A stretch of DNA of 63,970 bases from a virus (taxonomy: Duplodnaviria > Caudoviricetes), in the IMG/VR virus record IMGVR_UViG_3300013108_000662, positions 1-63,970 of that record; one strand, given 5' to 3'. Below the pieces are notes generated by a model. That model had not been told where the DNA came from, made no database searches, and was given only the letters and a program-made list of their open reading frames with translations. Position 1 is the stretch's first letter; the number at the start of each line of letters is the position of its first letter. Made by a program: the position numbers and the translations under genes. Shown piece by piece: positions 1 to 12,400 of the stretch.

Positions 1-3
1 TCT

Positions 4-2733
4 TTATTCGCTAGGATTTACTATCCCAGTGTTCTTAAAAGTTATATTTAGATCCAGTTTTCTTCCTGTCTTCTTGCTGGTTGTTCGTATTTTGAACGTC
101 TTTTCCCAGACTTTATCTATTTCCGGCGCTCCCAGGATACTTGAAATCGGGGCTGATAGGATGTTGGGGGTGCCCAGTGCGGACGGGTCCTCTTCATCAA
201 CTGCCAGCTGCTGAAAGCTCGGCTCTATATAAATAAACCTTCGTCCTGATTTGGTGTATTGGTTCGTCGGTGCTTCAAACATAAATAGTTCTTGGCGTAA
301 AAAGATCTGTCCTCCGTTATCCACCATTTCAACTTTAAAAATAGGCGTAGGATTGGAGACATTCCCATGCACATCGATTGCGCGGGCGCAATAATAATAA
401 ACTGTATTTGGAATTATCTCGTCTTTAAGGTCCTCGGAAGGGGAGACATTGCCGGCAATAGTTCGCACTAGCCCAGATTCAAAATCTGCATAAGTGGTAG
501 GCTCTGTGTTTATTCTAAATAACTGATATGATTCCACAGGATCATCGGATAGGAAACTGAGTCTCTCGATGTTATCGAATGATGTCTGGATGCCCGTCTC
601 GGCCAAATATTGCTCAACAAAATATGACTTATCCTGCTCTAGAATGGCTACTGGCTTTTGAGATTCTCTGCCCGTCGATGGTTGGAGAAGGATCTTTACT
701 CGGTTATTAATTCCCTGAAAGGGGTAAAAGGATATGTCCGGCTGGACGGGTGGTTTATCGTGGATAACTGTTGCTAGAGTACCATTAATATACGGAACCA
801 GCACTGCTTTAACATTGGAGGTGTTAAAGGCTTTAACAGTAGTATCATAACGAGTATATACTTCGGACAATTCAACTTGAGTTTGAATGGGTGTAGCCTC
901 GACTTCCAGGGTGCCGTTCGGGAATGCATATCTATACTCATTGCCAAATATCAATGCTACTCTTTCTACAGTATATCGATATTTTACTCCCATCTTTACC
1001 TGACTATCATAATAGGTAATGTTTCGCGACTCAAGGTCCATAAAATTAGTGAGATAAAAAGTTTGGCGTGGGGCTGCGTTTGGCCCATCGCTATCGCGGT
1101 ATTTCTTGACGACAAACATTAATGTTTCCACATGACATGAGTTGCCATTAAGCATTTGCTGAAAGGATCGAGTTGATTGGTCGGACAGGATTTCTAGGGT
1201 CGCGACTGCGGAGTCGATCTGATCATTAACATCAATGGAGGGGTCCTGCTCTGTTCCAACCGGGGGGCGATCATGGAGACCGCCGACGCCCGCAATTACG
1301 TGGTCTTGTGCGATTTGATCGGCAATCTCGGATGATTCCTCATCAATTTCATCCGTGGCCGATTCGAGATCATAAACCAGGGGATATTCAATAGTAGGTG
1401 CCCTGTTGGTAAAAGGCGCATCGTCGGTTGCGGCTGTCACATGTTTTATCTGGGCTTTGAAACTCATCGTTTGGGCATCTGTTGCCCTCAGACTTTCGAT
1501 GGCTTTTACCTGCAGCATATCTATTAAGTCTAATCCATTCTCGACAGGCTGGCCAGTATGTCCGGCTAGGGTTGGGAGAATCTCCCCATCGACAGAGTAG
1601 CCCGGGGTGGGAATAGTAATAACGTTATAAAAAGGAGCATCAGGGCTAACATTATTCTCCTCTAAAATCTCGTGATCTCGATGGAGAACAAAAATATCTT
1701 TTTCAATAATGGTCGAAAGTGACGCTAAGTTAATGGTTGGGGCGGCTAGAGCTTCAGAATAAAGACGATAAAAACCAGTAACATGCTGTTCGGTATAGCC
1801 GAAGCCATTGGCCCAGGAAACGGTCTGTTGGAACCATCGACGATCAGATCCGTCCGCTGCATCAGCGATTTCTTGATGATCCAGAGATAGAGCTGTTACA
1901 TACCGTCCGCCAGCCAATGGAGACTCAGATTCGTTTTGTAGTTCAAGCTGCAAATAGTAGCCATTTGGGATAAGATGCTCGGGAACATTGTCGGGTGCAA
2001 TAACATCTTCATAAGCAGGAAACCCGCCTTCGTATCTCTCATATACAGATTGGATAGAAAATTCGGAGCCGGCTCGTTCTCTTATAAGAGGATCAGCTGA
2101 GTCTAGGAAGAATTTGGTTGTATGGTCGTGGAGGGGGGTGTCTATGAGTCCATGAAAGATCCCCGGAGTTTGGTCAGCATGAGTTAGGGGGCGCTCGGGG
2201 GCTGGCCGATTATCGAGGACATTCTTTAGTCGAGATGCGATTGCCTGGGCAGGAGCGAAGACTGAAAGGTCCCCATTATTGGGTATGCCAACGTATCGAA
2301 AATAGTTTCTGGCTGTTTCAGAGATACCGGCATAACTAGACCATGCAGCGTCTGAAAATTGCAAGTTTATGGTATTCTCTCCTGTGGGGTAGGGCGCAAG
2401 ATCACCAACAATGTTATAATCGAGGATGATGTTGGTGCCATGATTGGGTCCGACGAATTGTGCTGCCACGCTGCCGCCCATGGCGCCTTGAGTGGGATCT
2501 AGAGCATTAGGGTTAGTCGGGGTCACTTGTGCGCCGGCAGACCATAGGGCGTTACCTTGGGTGCCGGGATACTCTAAGTAATAGGCTCCAAGCAGACCGC
2601 GGAACCTGTCGATGGTTCCCCATCGGGTTCGAATCATAGGGTGGAAGCCGTCTGGATTATTAGTGCGCTGGCGCGTGCCAACTTGTGTAGAATTCACCAA
2701 TGTAATTCTATCCTGATAGGTGCTAACAGGCAT
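4..2733 (-). CDS. Putative virion structural protein with C-terminal fibronectin type III-like domains (909 aa)
   Basis: Long ORF in the structural module. FN3-like signatures YYDSQVKMGVKYRYTV and NTVYYYCARAIDVHGNVSNP. Confidence 0.6.
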   Translation of the reverse strand: MPVSTYQDRITLVNSTQVGTRQRTNNPDGFHPMIRTRWGTIDRFRGLLGAYYLEYPGTQGNALWSAGAQVTPTNPNALDPTQGAMGGSVAAQFVGPNHGTNIILDYNIVGDLAPYPTGENTINLQFSDAAWSSYAGISETARNYFRYVGIPNNGDLSVFAPAQAIASRLKNVLDNRPAPERPLTHADQTPGIFHGLIDTPLHDHTTKFFLDSADPLIRERAGSEFSIQSVYERYEGGFPAYEDVIAPDNVPEHLIPNGYYLQLELQNESESPLAGGRYVTALSLDHQEIADAADGSDRRWFQQTVSWANGFGYTEQHVTGFYRLYSEALAAPTINLASLSTIIEKDIFVLHRDHEILEENNVSPDAPFYNVITIPTPGYSVDGEILPTLAGHTGQPVENGLDLIDMLQVKAIESLRATDAQTMSFKAQIKHVTAATDDAPFTNRAPTIEYPLVYDLESATDEIDEESSEIADQIAQDHVIAGVGGLHDRPPVGTEQDPSIDVNDQIDSAVATLEILSDQSTRSFQQMLNGNSCHVETLMFVVKKYRDSDGPNAAPRQTFYLTNFMDLESRNITYYDSQVKMGVKYRYTVERVALIFGNEYRYAFPNGTLEVEATPIQTQVELSEVYTRYDTTVKAFNTSNVKAVLVPYINGTLATVIHDKPPVQPDISFYPFQGINNRVKILLQPSTGRESQKPVAILEQDKSYFVEQYLAETGIQTSFDNIERLSFLSDDPVESYQLFRINTEPTTYADFESGLVRTIAGNVSPSEDLKDEIIPNTVYYYCARAIDVHGNVSNPTPIFKVEMVDNGGQIFLRQELFMFEAPTNQYTKSGRRFIYIEPSFQQLAVDEEDPSALGTPNILSAPISSILGAPEIDKVWEKTFKIRTTSKKTGRKLDLNITFKNTGIVNPSE

Positions 2734-2737
2734 ATCC

Positions 2738-5446
2738 TTAGTACCTCACTCCAGCGATAGCTGCTTTCTGCCGGCGCTCTTGTCTAGAATCGCGACTGCC
2801 GCGGGTGACGTCTATGGCGCCAGCCCTAGGGGTGTCCGCTGGAATATTCTTGGCATATATCATCTCTGTTGAATTGATGTACTTGAGCATCTGTTTGTTC
2901 GCTCTGTTGATGTTTTGATATATCGAAGAATAAAGTTGTCTGTAACCGGGGGAACTGGACAGCTTTGCCGAGGGAGCGGGACCCAAAATAAAGATAGAGG
3001 CCAGAGGCTCTAGTCCCACTTGGGCTGTTGGGACGTCCAGGGTGTTGGAGATCTTCACTAATCGACATATCAAAGAAGCACCGGTGGCTACAGCCTTTTC
3101 ATATATTGCCGGGGTCATAAGGTCCCAGTTCTGACTTCCAATCTCCACAGATTTCTTATCTCCGTATTCAGCTAAATATTGTACCTGAACTATAGATCCA
3201 AAATTAAGTATATTTGTCATAGTATCAGATTGCTGAATAACATTAAAGTCTTCTTGGGCTTTTTGCAGCGCCAATGAGCCGCGGACGCTGTCCGAACTCA
3301 CCATATGCGTTATATTTTCAAAGTTGGTTATAGATTTATTAACCAGTTCCATAACTAAGTCGGATTCAGCTGGGCGGTGTAAGAGATCTTGAATGTATTG
3401 GGGAGCCGCAACAGATCCACTAGCCATAGAATCGGCACGTGTTTGGGGGGTTGCAAAGACAGATCCAGAGGAAAAATATTCCGTTGATGAAATGCCTGTT
3501 GGATTCTGAATTTCGGTGTCAAAGACCATCTTTCGAAGACTCTTTTGGTTTGCTTCTGCCGTGATTCCAGATGCAGCTATTATCTCTACTGTATTTGTTT
3601 GGGGAGTTTTTGAAGGCTGTAAGTTAGTTGTGTCGGAGTCTTCTACATTGCTCCGTAGAAAAGAAAGAAAATTACCAGTTGTGTTCTCCAAACTAGTGGT
3701 GGGAACGACAACTGGATTCGCGCGAAGACCAACGGATTGGGGTGTTAAAAACCCTACCTGATTTATGGCTCCTGCTGATGGGTTGTTAATAGAGAACTTC
3801 TGTAGCTCAGCGGCTACTCTTGATTGCATAGAATTATAACTTATGGTGGGGACCGGAGAACTAGAGCCCATAATACTCGCTTCGATATAGTTTAACCCTA
3901 CGCTTTTCGTGTCGGGAATTTGAAAGCGCTGTGAGAGAACCTTGACGAGTCGGGGCGCCGAATTGCCACGTGGGTTAGAAATATTATCCTGAACATGTTT
4001 AGCATCCGGACGCAGCGATAATCCCGGCGATACACTAGTCTGCAAATGAACACAGAAATTCTGTATCATATCTATCACCAGCGCTCGATTACTCTCAGCA
4101 TCCAGAGCACTAACAGACATCATAGCCATCAGATAGCGCTGCCAGGCCGAGCGAGAGATTGTGCGGAAAGGCGCGCGACCAAAAATAAATTGTATACAAG
4201 CGATGTATGTATCTATTAAGTCCTTAATTGATTCAGAGGAAGGCTGAGGTCCGGCGCCGGTGTATCTGCTCAGGGCGGTCGATAGGTTGGAATAAGACGC
4301 CTTAATAGAGTCTAGGGTATCATCATGTAAGATGATCTCTATTTTATACTCCACCATATTGTGACTCAGCTTATCTGTCGTTTTATCTATAAAGCTCATA
4401 TTCACGATTGTATTATTGTTAAATTTACTAAGGATGCGAAGCCCTTGATTTAGAGAAGCCACCTGAACATAATCGTTCTGAGCCTGCAATCCGCCCTGAA
4501 TTGCTATTCCTGGCGTTAAACTGTTCGACCTGTTGTTTAGTTGAGTCTGCTTCTGATATACTACAACATCTTTTATTTGAGCTGCTGAGAGCAGTGTCGC
4601 TGGATTTACAATGGACCTTCCAAGATTAGTATTATTTTGTGCGAAGCTCAAGTGATTAAAGGAAAACACTGCATGTACGTATCCCGATTTATTTCTTGAA
4701 AAAGTTGCAGGGGATAGGTAGGCTGGCTTGGTATTCAGAAGATCTTCTTTGCGGCGCCGGGGAGAGAAGGTTAGACTTTCACCTAGACTCAGTATTCGGT
4801 GATCTTTGTTCTTCGCATTTAACGCTGGCATTGACAATAGTCGGGGCTGAGAATGGGTAGTAGGGGCGTACCCCGCTGTTGGGGTGTCAGCGATATGATG
4901 GGCTGATCCAGGCCAAATCTGATTCTCTGATCCGTAATCGGGGGTGGTATCGGCTAATCTATATAAGTTAGTGGCAGAGGGTGTAACACCATTCACCATA
5001 ATAGTCTCACGGACCATATTTCCAATCCTTAGTCCAGTAGGAGTCTCTATATAGGAAACCACTAGCGCATAAATGTTTTTTGTATTTCTGGGGAATGACT
5101 TGGTGACCTGATGTGTCATGGAATAAACCGACTGCGCATTGGTGGTTTGGATGTTGGCGGTTAGCTCAAAGTCAGCCGGAACAAGAGACAAATTATACCG
5201 ATCTGTCGGGGAGGCTGCAATCATTTCCAATAACTGCTGAGGATTGGCAGTCAGAAGCTCTATTGCGCGAGCGGTGGGGGCACAATAAACATAATTAGAA
5301 ACCTGAGTTAGTGGATTAAGACGCGTAACTTGATTGGCAATAGATAAGGAAACAACAATGTTTCTCTCTACATCCAAGCGTGTCTGTATCTCCCTAATCA
5401 ATACGAACGGGGTCGAGCGCTGATATGGTCCTGTTGCGACGCTCAT
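2738..5446 (-). CDS. Hypothetical protein, probably structural (~902 aa)
   Basis: Long Ser/Thr/Asn-rich ORF. Start moved to 5446 (MSVATG) because of the ATGA overlap with the upstream stop. Confidence 0.6.
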   Translation of the reverse strand: MSVATGPYQRSTPFVLIREIQTRLDVERNIVVSLSIANQVTRLNPLTQVSNYVYCAPTARAIELLTANPQQLLEMIAASPTDRYNLSLVPADFELTANIQTTNAQSVYSMTHQVTKSFPRNTKNIYALVVSYIETPTGLRIGNMVRETIMVNGVTPSATNLYRLADTTPDYGSENQIWPGSAHHIADTPTAGYAPTTHSQPRLLSMPALNAKNKDHRILSLGESLTFSPRRRKEDLLNTKPAYLSPATFSRNKSGYVHAVFSFNHLSFAQNNTNLGRSIVNPATLLSAAQIKDVVVYQKQTQLNNRSNSLTPGIAIQGGLQAQNDYVQVASLNQGLRILSKFNNNTIVNMSFIDKTTDKLSHNMVEYKIEIILHDDTLDSIKASYSNLSTALSRYTGAGPQPSSESIKDLIDTYIACIQFIFGRAPFRTISRSAWQRYLMAMMSVSALDAESNRALVIDMIQNFCVHLQTSVSPGLSLRPDAKHVQDNISNPRGNSAPRLVKVLSQRFQIPDTKSVGLNYIEASIMGSSSPVPTISYNSMQSRVAAELQKFSINNPSAGAINQVGFLTPQSVGLRANPVVVPTTSLENTTGNFLSFLRSNVEDSDTTNLQPSKTPQTNTVEIIAASGITAEANQKSLRKMVFDTEIQNPTGISSTEYFSSGSVFATPQTRADSMASGSVAAPQYIQDLLHRPAESDLVMELVNKSITNFENITHMVSSDSVRGSLALQKAQEDFNVIQQSDTMTNILNFGSIVQVQYLAEYGDKKSVEIGSQNWDLMTPAIYEKAVATGASLICRLVKISNTLDVPTAQVGLEPLASIFILGPAPSAKLSSSPGYRQLYSSIYQNINRANKQMLKYINSTEMIYAKNIPADTPRAGAIDVTRGSRDSRQERRQKAAIAGVRY

Positions 5447-6417
5447 TCGCATGGCTCCTCATTTATTGTAGTATAAAGATTACGATTGAATCTGAGTCGG
5501 CTTGCTGTTGTAGTAAGAGACGCAGGAGCAATGTTCAACTCCTCAATGACTTCATCACTTACTTCTTCGTCGACAAATACATTCATATAATATTCTACAT
5601 TCTCCGTGGTGGGTGCCACAAATTCTCCGCCGGAGAGGTCGGCGAATGCCTTCTGGCTCCAAGTGGTGCCGGGGCCACTAGTTGGCTCCTGCTCATATAC
5701 TTCTAGCTCAAAGTTTTCTGATTCAAAATCAGTGTTATTTTCTATAATCTCAAGCATAAGGTAATTATCCCTTAATGCTAAAAATACTTCTGTTTCTCCT
5801 AAGCGGTCTGTAATGGCGGCGGCAAGAGAGGCATCGTTGCTAAAATAGGTCTCGTAATCTATCGTGATATTGATTTGAGGGATATTCCGAATGACGGTTC
5901 GATCGTTATCAGTTTCCAGACCGGGCAGCTCTTCTTCAGTATATCTTTCGGCTGAAACAATTGTTGGTTCAGAGAGAAGAGTGAGTTGCCATGCCGCGTT
6001 GTACGGAGTGTTAAGCGATGAATTGCCGATTATATGATTAGTAAGGTATTGTTGTTCTGCATAAATCTGTTGGTTGCGGCGAGTATGCTCTTCAACGGTG
6101 GGCTCCGAGTTAACGCTGATGTTTGCTAACGAAGACCCCTCTTCATCTAGGAACTGAGTAACTCTTCGTTCTGCACTTGTCGTTTGGTTTTGAATTTTCA
6201 GACGGGGAGTATTATACTGAATTCTGGGTTTCGTCTCGTTCTGGACTTCCTGGAGCTGTACTCCTGAGGAGTCCTGACTTCCTCCTACATCATATAAGAT
6301 GTCATCATCAAAGAATGCATAGTAAGTAGGGTTTAACTGCCCGCGTCCTAGAAGCTGCTTTCCATATTCCGTTAGCTGAACGTCTAACACTTCCTCTTTT
6401 TTGTTAAAGAATTCCAT
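5443..6417 (-). CDS. Putative baseplate/tail-associated structural protein (324 aa)
   Basis: N-terminal LTEYGKQLLGRG...YYAFFDDDILYD resembles tail-fibre/baseplate attachment N-termini. GGAGG SD-like site upstream. Confidence 0.5.
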   Translation of the reverse strand: MEFFNKKEEVLDVQLTEYGKQLLGRGQLNPTYYAFFDDDILYDVGGSQDSSGVQLQEVQNETKPRIQYNTPRLKIQNQTTSAERRVTQFLDEEGSSLANISVNSEPTVEEHTRRNQQIYAEQQYLTNHIIGNSSLNTPYNAAWQLTLLSEPTIVSAERYTEEELPGLETDNDRTVIRNIPQINITIDYETYFSNDASLAAAITDRLGETEVFLALRDNYLMLEIIENNTDFESENFELEVYEQEPTSGPGTTWSQKAFADLSGGEFVAPTTENVEYYMNVFVDEEVSDEVIEELNIAPASLTTTASRLRFNRNLYTTINEEPCE

Positions 6418-6439
6418 TTAGTACATCGCCTCCATTAAC

Positions 6440-9400
6440 TTAGTTCTCTGTTCGGTCGACATCGAGCGACTCATTGGTTGAGATATTGGTGTTCTGTTTA
6501 AGGTCCGTGGAGACATATTGAACTTGTTCGTTGATCTTTGCTAGCTCCACAAGAGAACAGAAATCATATGGCCAGTTATATGAATAGGGGCTCGTAATAT
6601 TAGGTGTGATAGAATCAGTATTTTCGCTCACAAGCGACCGGCGGTAGGTCTCAAAATCCTTCTTCGCACGTTGCTTAACTTTAAAAACCATCCACTGCAC
6701 AGGAGAATTCTCAGCAATCAGAAGATCAATAAGCTCTTTTTCTTCGACGTAGGCTTCTTGAGTTTGAAATTTCTCACCAATTTTAGGAGGTAGTCCTTGC
6801 CAAATATCTACCAAGTCTTGTTGAGTCAAATTAACAGAGTATTCAAACACATACATCATAATCGGGAGAACTGAGTCAAACTCTACAAAATCAAACTTTG
6901 GAGGAAATACATATTTATTCAGCGCATTAACGGCTTTCTCATATGTGGCAGTGTCTTTCGCGCCCGGTGGCATCGCGATAAACTGGCGCTCATTGTCCTT
7001 GTTTCGGAATGGAATAGCCACCAAAGCCTCGCTCATCGTAAAGCCGGGTTGGAGAGTGCCGATTCGCTTCGGAATACCGGTTGGCATGCCAATAATTTGT
7101 GCTAAATCTCCCTGTATGCTTCCGGAGCCGGCACTAACAACAGCAAAGATACCATCTTTTGAGTCCTCTGGGATCTGCCCGTACTGATGCCACATTCCCT
7201 TTACCTTAAATTCCTCAGCTCCAATGCCCGCGAGGACGGTTGATTCTGGAGGCACAGAAGCAGAAACGTGGGCAAAATTAAGGGCTGGGGTCTCAAACTT
7301 AGATTGGATTAGCCATCGATCCTTTTGCTCTACGGTGCCCGCGGGAACCGTCTCAAGTGTGTCTGTTAGGTTGAAACAGCTATCGATATTCATTTGCATA
7401 GGTGATGTGGATGCATCCGTGGTGCCGTTCATCGAGTTGCGCGTGAAGGTCATCGTGGTGTTGGCAAATATCTCTTGTAACGAGGGGATCCCTGACCATG
7501 TGGCTGTATACTCAAACTTACAGTATGCCGCGGCGCCGTAATAAGGAGGCGTAACGTGCGTCATCGATAGTCCATTGGCCGAGGTGGGCTTTGCCACTAA
7601 CGGCTGTCCGAATGCCAGGGAGTTATCATATAAGGTAAATCGCTCAGTGTCAGGTCCCTGCTTGGCATTAGACGGAATAGGGGTCCTAAACAGCTTGAGT
7701 TGCATAGAATAAGTAGAGCCCGAGCGCACAGGCTGAAAACTCTCTTCGCGGGCGGACTGGAAGTTTGTCAGGCGTCCCATGAACATATTTGTTGTCTCAC
7801 ACAAAAAGTTGTCCATCGCCAGTTTATAAAGCTGGTCGCCCTGGAATGATACAAAGTCAATCGAGGAGTTTTGTCCCGAGGGGTAGGGTGTGGGCTCCGC
7901 GGCGCTATCTTTCGTACCCGTGTCATAGAGTTTAGTGCTTAGGGCGCCCCCTAATGGCAGCTGTTGCAATACGGTATTGTTGAAGAAACTTTCAGGCTTA
8001 TAAAGAGCCTCAAAAGGAATTTTATTCGGTACATATCCGCCGGCGGCATCAGTGTCATCAAGCGGCACATTCAAAGGTATAGTGTAAGGGATCGCTATGG
8101 TTTTCTCCCGCTCATCACTATAAGTAAATAGATTAGACGGAGGTCCGGACGCGGGAGGTCTGTTCATAAAATCTGGGGATGAGGAGGTGTTTGCCAAAAC
8201 AAAGTTAGATACAGCGATTCCCGACTTAATGGTATTATACAAGATCCCGGGGGAGACCATAGGTTCTAGTAAAATACGTAGGCTCTCGGCATTTGCATTA
8301 ATAGAGGAACCATAGGATTGGGATAACAGTTGTGCTATTACCGCAGTACGCTCGGCTGGATAAAAGCCCTTATATGGTAAGAACTTAACCAGTGCGTCGC
8401 ATTTGAGGGCTATCTTGTCTCTGATAATTTTAAGATCGCCAGACCTCTGTTCATTAAGATCGTTGTCAATAACACTAAAATATTTAAGGAAATCGCCATT
8501 TGTATAAATTCTGTAAAAACCATCTTGTGCGCTAGAGCTAAGACTAGATCCTGTTAATTCTAGGATATTATCCAGTGATGCCTGAAAATCACCCTCGTAA
8601 GTATTAATGTAGGTTTCTATGAGTCCGCTCATCCTAAATTCAGGAACGATCGAGTAGTCCTTTCCATGCGCGCGCATCTTCTCAGCATAAGACACATAAT
8701 TTGAGTAGGGGCTCTTGCCTGACTGAGAGCCAGCTAGCCACTGCGCGTCGCCCACAAACACTGGGAATTCGGAGACCGGATCCTCCCCTAGCGGGAGACG
8801 CATGGCATATGTTGGGGCAGCGATGATGGCAGTTCGATCGCCTTCGAGGCTATAGCCGCTGTATCGAGAATAAGCATTTAGCAGTTCGCCTGCACCATCA
8901 TTAAGGTTTGTTGATGCACTGGTGGTGAAATTTAGGTGCCCATCCATTGGCCACGTACTTTCGTACGCTACTGTTTGCCCCATTGATCCGAGCTGTCCGC
9001 CATAAGTTAAACTGCGTTTATCGCGACTATCGTCCCAGATATTAGTGATAGTGAATCTCGTGCGCGATCGAATTGCGGCTTTATATACATTTAGGGCCGA
9101 GGGGTATACTCGCTGGGAATAATTAACGGCGACGCTTAGTGGGCTGTATAGGGTATAGCTAGCTACTTGCTTATATGGACTCGCTGTATTAAATTCTGTG
9201 TTTATACCTAGAAGTTGGTTGAGTCCTCGATGGTTGAAATGTTCGAGAGAAGCATGAAATGGGACCGACACCACCATGTTGTTAGCGGGATTTGAGTTCG
9301 CTGTATTATCTTCAAAATAAAACTGAATAGGGGACGAGTTGTTCGATATCGGCGGCTCATAATAATCTATAAAGGCATTGGGATTCTGGGGCTGTATGAA

Positions 9401-12400
9401 TCCAATCGTATTTCCACCTATGATATTAGGGATCTTGGGAGGAACAAGTGTAGCCCCGATCTTATTGGTCTGTCGTAGCTGGCGTACAATGGGGTGTTCT
9501 GAGGTGCGAATTTGCTTCCAACTAGGTGTGCCGTATACGTTCCCTCGATTATTCATCAATACATTAAAGTAGTCGGCGCCATTACTTAGTCCCAAACCTA
9601 GAGTGCTATTGTAATAGGAGGAACTAGCTACCGACGATAAAGGAAATCCCAATATGTGCGAGGAGGCTGTTACTGGGTCGAGGATCCTATTGCGAATACC
9701 AACAAAGTTTGACCCAGGATAGGTGCCGCTGATTACTATTTGACTGAGGGTTGAGGCACTATTAAAGCTCGGCGGTTGCAGTCCCAGTATGGCGGTGCCG
9801 CTGATCATCGATCCTGTCACCCAGCTGTATTGCTGTGTTGATCGTGGAATAGCGTGCTGGACATAAAGGTTATCATATACGGTACCTGTGGCATACACAG
9901 CGATATATCCCTTGCCGGGTCCCGCGAACTGTTCGCCGGTCTGGATGATGCGGCGACGGGGGTTTCGGTTAGTTTTGTGCCATGATGGGAACTGGGCTAT
10001 CGTTGCGAGGGTGCCGTAAGCAGCGTCCATACCAAATTTACCGGCATGAAGAGTAGATAACTGATTAAGTCCGCGGTTCTTCTGAATTTGATCGACAACA
10101 CGAATTGTGTTCTGAATTGATGGATCCATTGAGGCGGAGCCTGGGAAGCCAAAGTTTATTACGCGCTGGTTACGATAAGGTCCGGCATTATTAACAGATA
10201 ACTCTTCATGCGCGGGCTCCATATATCCCCGTGATAGCGTGCTATATTCGCCGGGAGAGGAAAATCTATTAACAATAATTGTCTGATTAGAGTTAGCTCC
10301 AGTACGATTAGGCAGTGCATAATCGATTTCTCCGCCAGGATTTGCGGTGGATGTTGCGTCGAGAGGAAATTTGCCTCTAGTAGCTAGTGTTTCGGGATAT
10401 AGGGCGAAATCAAATGATTGATCATTGAAGAAAGGATCGTTAGTGGTGCGGCCATTCGTACTAATGACTTGATAGTTTTTCTGATAGTTTCCTATCCTAT
10501 CGTGAGCAATCGTTCCGGATAGAGTGACGCCCATCGACGCTGTCGTCATTAGAATATTCTTAATATTCACCGGGCGCTTAGCCGTTTCTTCTCGCATGCG
10601 GAAAGCGGTTGGTATCTGTGGAACGGGGGCACCACCTGTGGAATTTGCCGGAATAATAGCCAGAGAGTCGGCAAACACGGTCCCAGCTGAGGATGTTACT
10701 CCCGTGAATTGAATGCGGAAACCTTCTGCACGGGACAAAACCGTATCGTCACCGCTATTGATTGGCGTGTGTCGATAAAATCGTCCGCCAACGAACTTCT
10801 CGCTAAATGGTCCCTGCAGGGGTTTATCGTGACCTAGAACAAAATCATCATGCAAGTTGGTAATAAGAGTTCCCGACCTGTATTGAGTCACTACTGCCTC
10901 ATTATAACCTGTCTTAACTGACGAGCTGTAAAGACTAAAGGGCGCATAATTATTGCCATCTTGTTTTTGATCATCGCTAGCGCCTCTATTAATACCCGGG
11001 TCGAGGGAGAAACCTAGACGCTGCTTATAGGAGGAGCTGGGATAGAATTGATCGTTGGTCTCTATCAGCTGTTCGACCTCTGTACCCAGACCAACCATAA
11101 TATTTTGTGGTATTTGTGCTGTGCCGGGGACGGTCGGACCAAAAGGTGCAGTTGCGGCAAAAACATAATTTGGTCGGTTGTTTGGGTGGCGGCTGACACC
11201 ACCTAGCTCTAGCTGGGCCCGCATAGACAGACGCGCATTGGATTGATTGCCGCGATGGAAACGCTCTTGAATCACAGAGGTGATCGCGTCCAGATCAGAG
11301 GTGGAAGCCTCTGCGCGGTAACGATGCCAGTACAAATTATTGTTTTCGGAGCCGGGTCCAATGGGCGCATGGAGATATTGCCACGAGCGCATTGAGGGGG
11401 GATTAGAGCTGCCAATCTGTCGGTAAGTTAAGTCCTGAGAATTATTAAATCCAGGCTGAGCCGGTGGCGATGGTGGTGGGGGTGATGTAATGTTACTTAT
11501 CGACGACCCTATCTCATTGCCTCCGATTTTCTCTAGGAATGGAAACTTATGACGATATTTAGGTCGCTCCAGGATGTGATTTTCAATCACAGTCAGAATG
11601 CTATCTGTAACATCGGCACTAGCGGGAACAAACTGGGAGAGTATAACAGACAGCGAACTATCAAACCATTTATAAAACTCATAGAACTTATCAAAGTCTA
11701 GGACAGGATTTTCGATGCTTTCAAAAAACTTCTGTCGCATGAACGATAGTTTCTTATAGTCTGTACGATATCTCTCTACGGGGTCGCCGATCAGGTTATT
11801 AAAATCTTTAAGAGTAGCAAAATAATTCACCATTTCTTCCGAAATCACCTGATACATGCTTTTTTCAAAAGCAAAGGAGTAATTAACGGGTCGCGAATCA
11901 GACGTCAGAGCATGAAGCTCTTGGGCTCCTAGGGTTCTGACCATCTCTTCTCCGTATAGCTGCTCCGGGAGATTTAACTTGGACGATACTATGAAATCTT
12001 TATCGATTGCAGTAGTGGAGGATGGCGAGAAATAATTACCTAAGCCCGTGTATTGCTTATTAAGAATATTTCCTAAGGCGCCGAACCGCGAGGGGGACGC
12101 GGATCCAGAACTCAAATCGGTGACTGAGAACTGTCCCGATGCATTAGAGCCGGTGTTGTTGAGAAACTCCCAATTAAACACAAGTGTGTCAAACTTAGTG
12201 ATCTCGCCAAAAGACGCAGATGGATTAAACGGAAATGCGTAGAGATGGGGTTGGAGCGCCCCATGGTTTTGACTATCCAGCGCATGGCCGCGGAGGGCTT
12301 CGTCTTCAACATAATCTAACCAATACCGCGCGGCATTCACCTTAACATCTGAAGAAGCCAGCACTGATCCTGTGAAGTTTTGTCTATGCGCTCCGATATA